From Leidyana gryllorum EB-2025a (taxonomy: Eukaryota; Protista; Apicomplexa), in the NCBI GenBank assembly GCA_048772705.1, contig JBLWGC010000192.1:1-5400 (forward strand): a DNA stretch of 5,400 nucleotides. The letters run 5' to 3'. Below the pieces are notes generated by a model. The model saw nothing but the letters and a program-made list of their open reading frames with translations, made no database searches and was not told the origin of the DNA. Position numbers and translations under genes: made by a program. Shown here in pieces: positions 5,238 to 5,400 of the stretch (position 1 is its first letter; the number at the start of each line of letters is the position of its first letter).

Positions 5238-5266
5238 TGACATGGAGTAGGGGTTGTACCCACACC
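5238..5266 (-). pseudogene. 3' remnant of tRNA-Leu
   Basis: tgacatggagtaggggttgtacccacacc resembles tgacaagagtgggattgaacccacgcc (2740-2766). Confidence 0.5.
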
Positions 5267-5319
5267 ACTCACAACTCGCATGGGAATTCTGAGGGAACGT
5301 GTGATCCGTTGCAACTCTC

Positions 5320-5400
5320 AGCAAGGTGGCAGAGTGTTTCTTAGGCGGCGGCTTGCTAAGCCGTTGGGTCTCACCCACGTGAGTTCAAATCTCACCATTG
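5320..5400 (+). tRNA. tRNA-Ser(GCT)-like gene, truncated by the window edge, probably degenerate
   Basis: GCGGC TT GCT AA GCCGT anticodon arm, variable arm TGGG TCTCA CCCA, GTGAG TTCAAAT CTCAC T arm. The D-loop lacks GG (GAGTGTTTC) and the acceptor has a mismatch. Confidence 0.7.

Noticed and set aside
1-5400. CRISPR array, tRNA-derived SINEs, or a bacterial/phage tRNA operon
   Set aside because: There is no regular repeat-spacer period, no shared SINE body, tail or TSD, and no encoded CCA. The initiator tRNA and ANN anticodons are eukaryotic.

Overview
This window is a dense, non-coding eukaryotic nuclear tRNA gene array. It holds about 16 full-length, foldable tRNA genes and about 15 decayed copies or fragments, on both strands. 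Eukaryotic origin is supported by an initiator tRNA-Met with A1:U72 and an AUCGAAA T-loop, by ANN anticodons for Val, Leu, Ile, Ser and Thr, and by the absence of encoded CCA ends. The Val and iMet genes resemble alveolate (apicomplexan/dinoflagellate-like) tRNAs from memory; this is unverified. The array grew by block duplication: a ~530-bp inverted repeat (Leu-Asp-Val-Gln) flanks an inverted copy of a Glu-Thr block, and there are dispersed Ser, Leu, Pro and Ile copies. The most notable feature is anticodon switching among paralogues: an otherwise intact Gly-type tRNA carries an Asp anticodon (GTC), an Asp-type body carries a Gly anticodon (GCC), and a Val body carries an Ala anticodon (TGC). 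No protein-coding gene is supported; most listed ORFs simply overlap tRNA genes. The tRNA-free segment at 4480-4965 has odd composition and possible structure.
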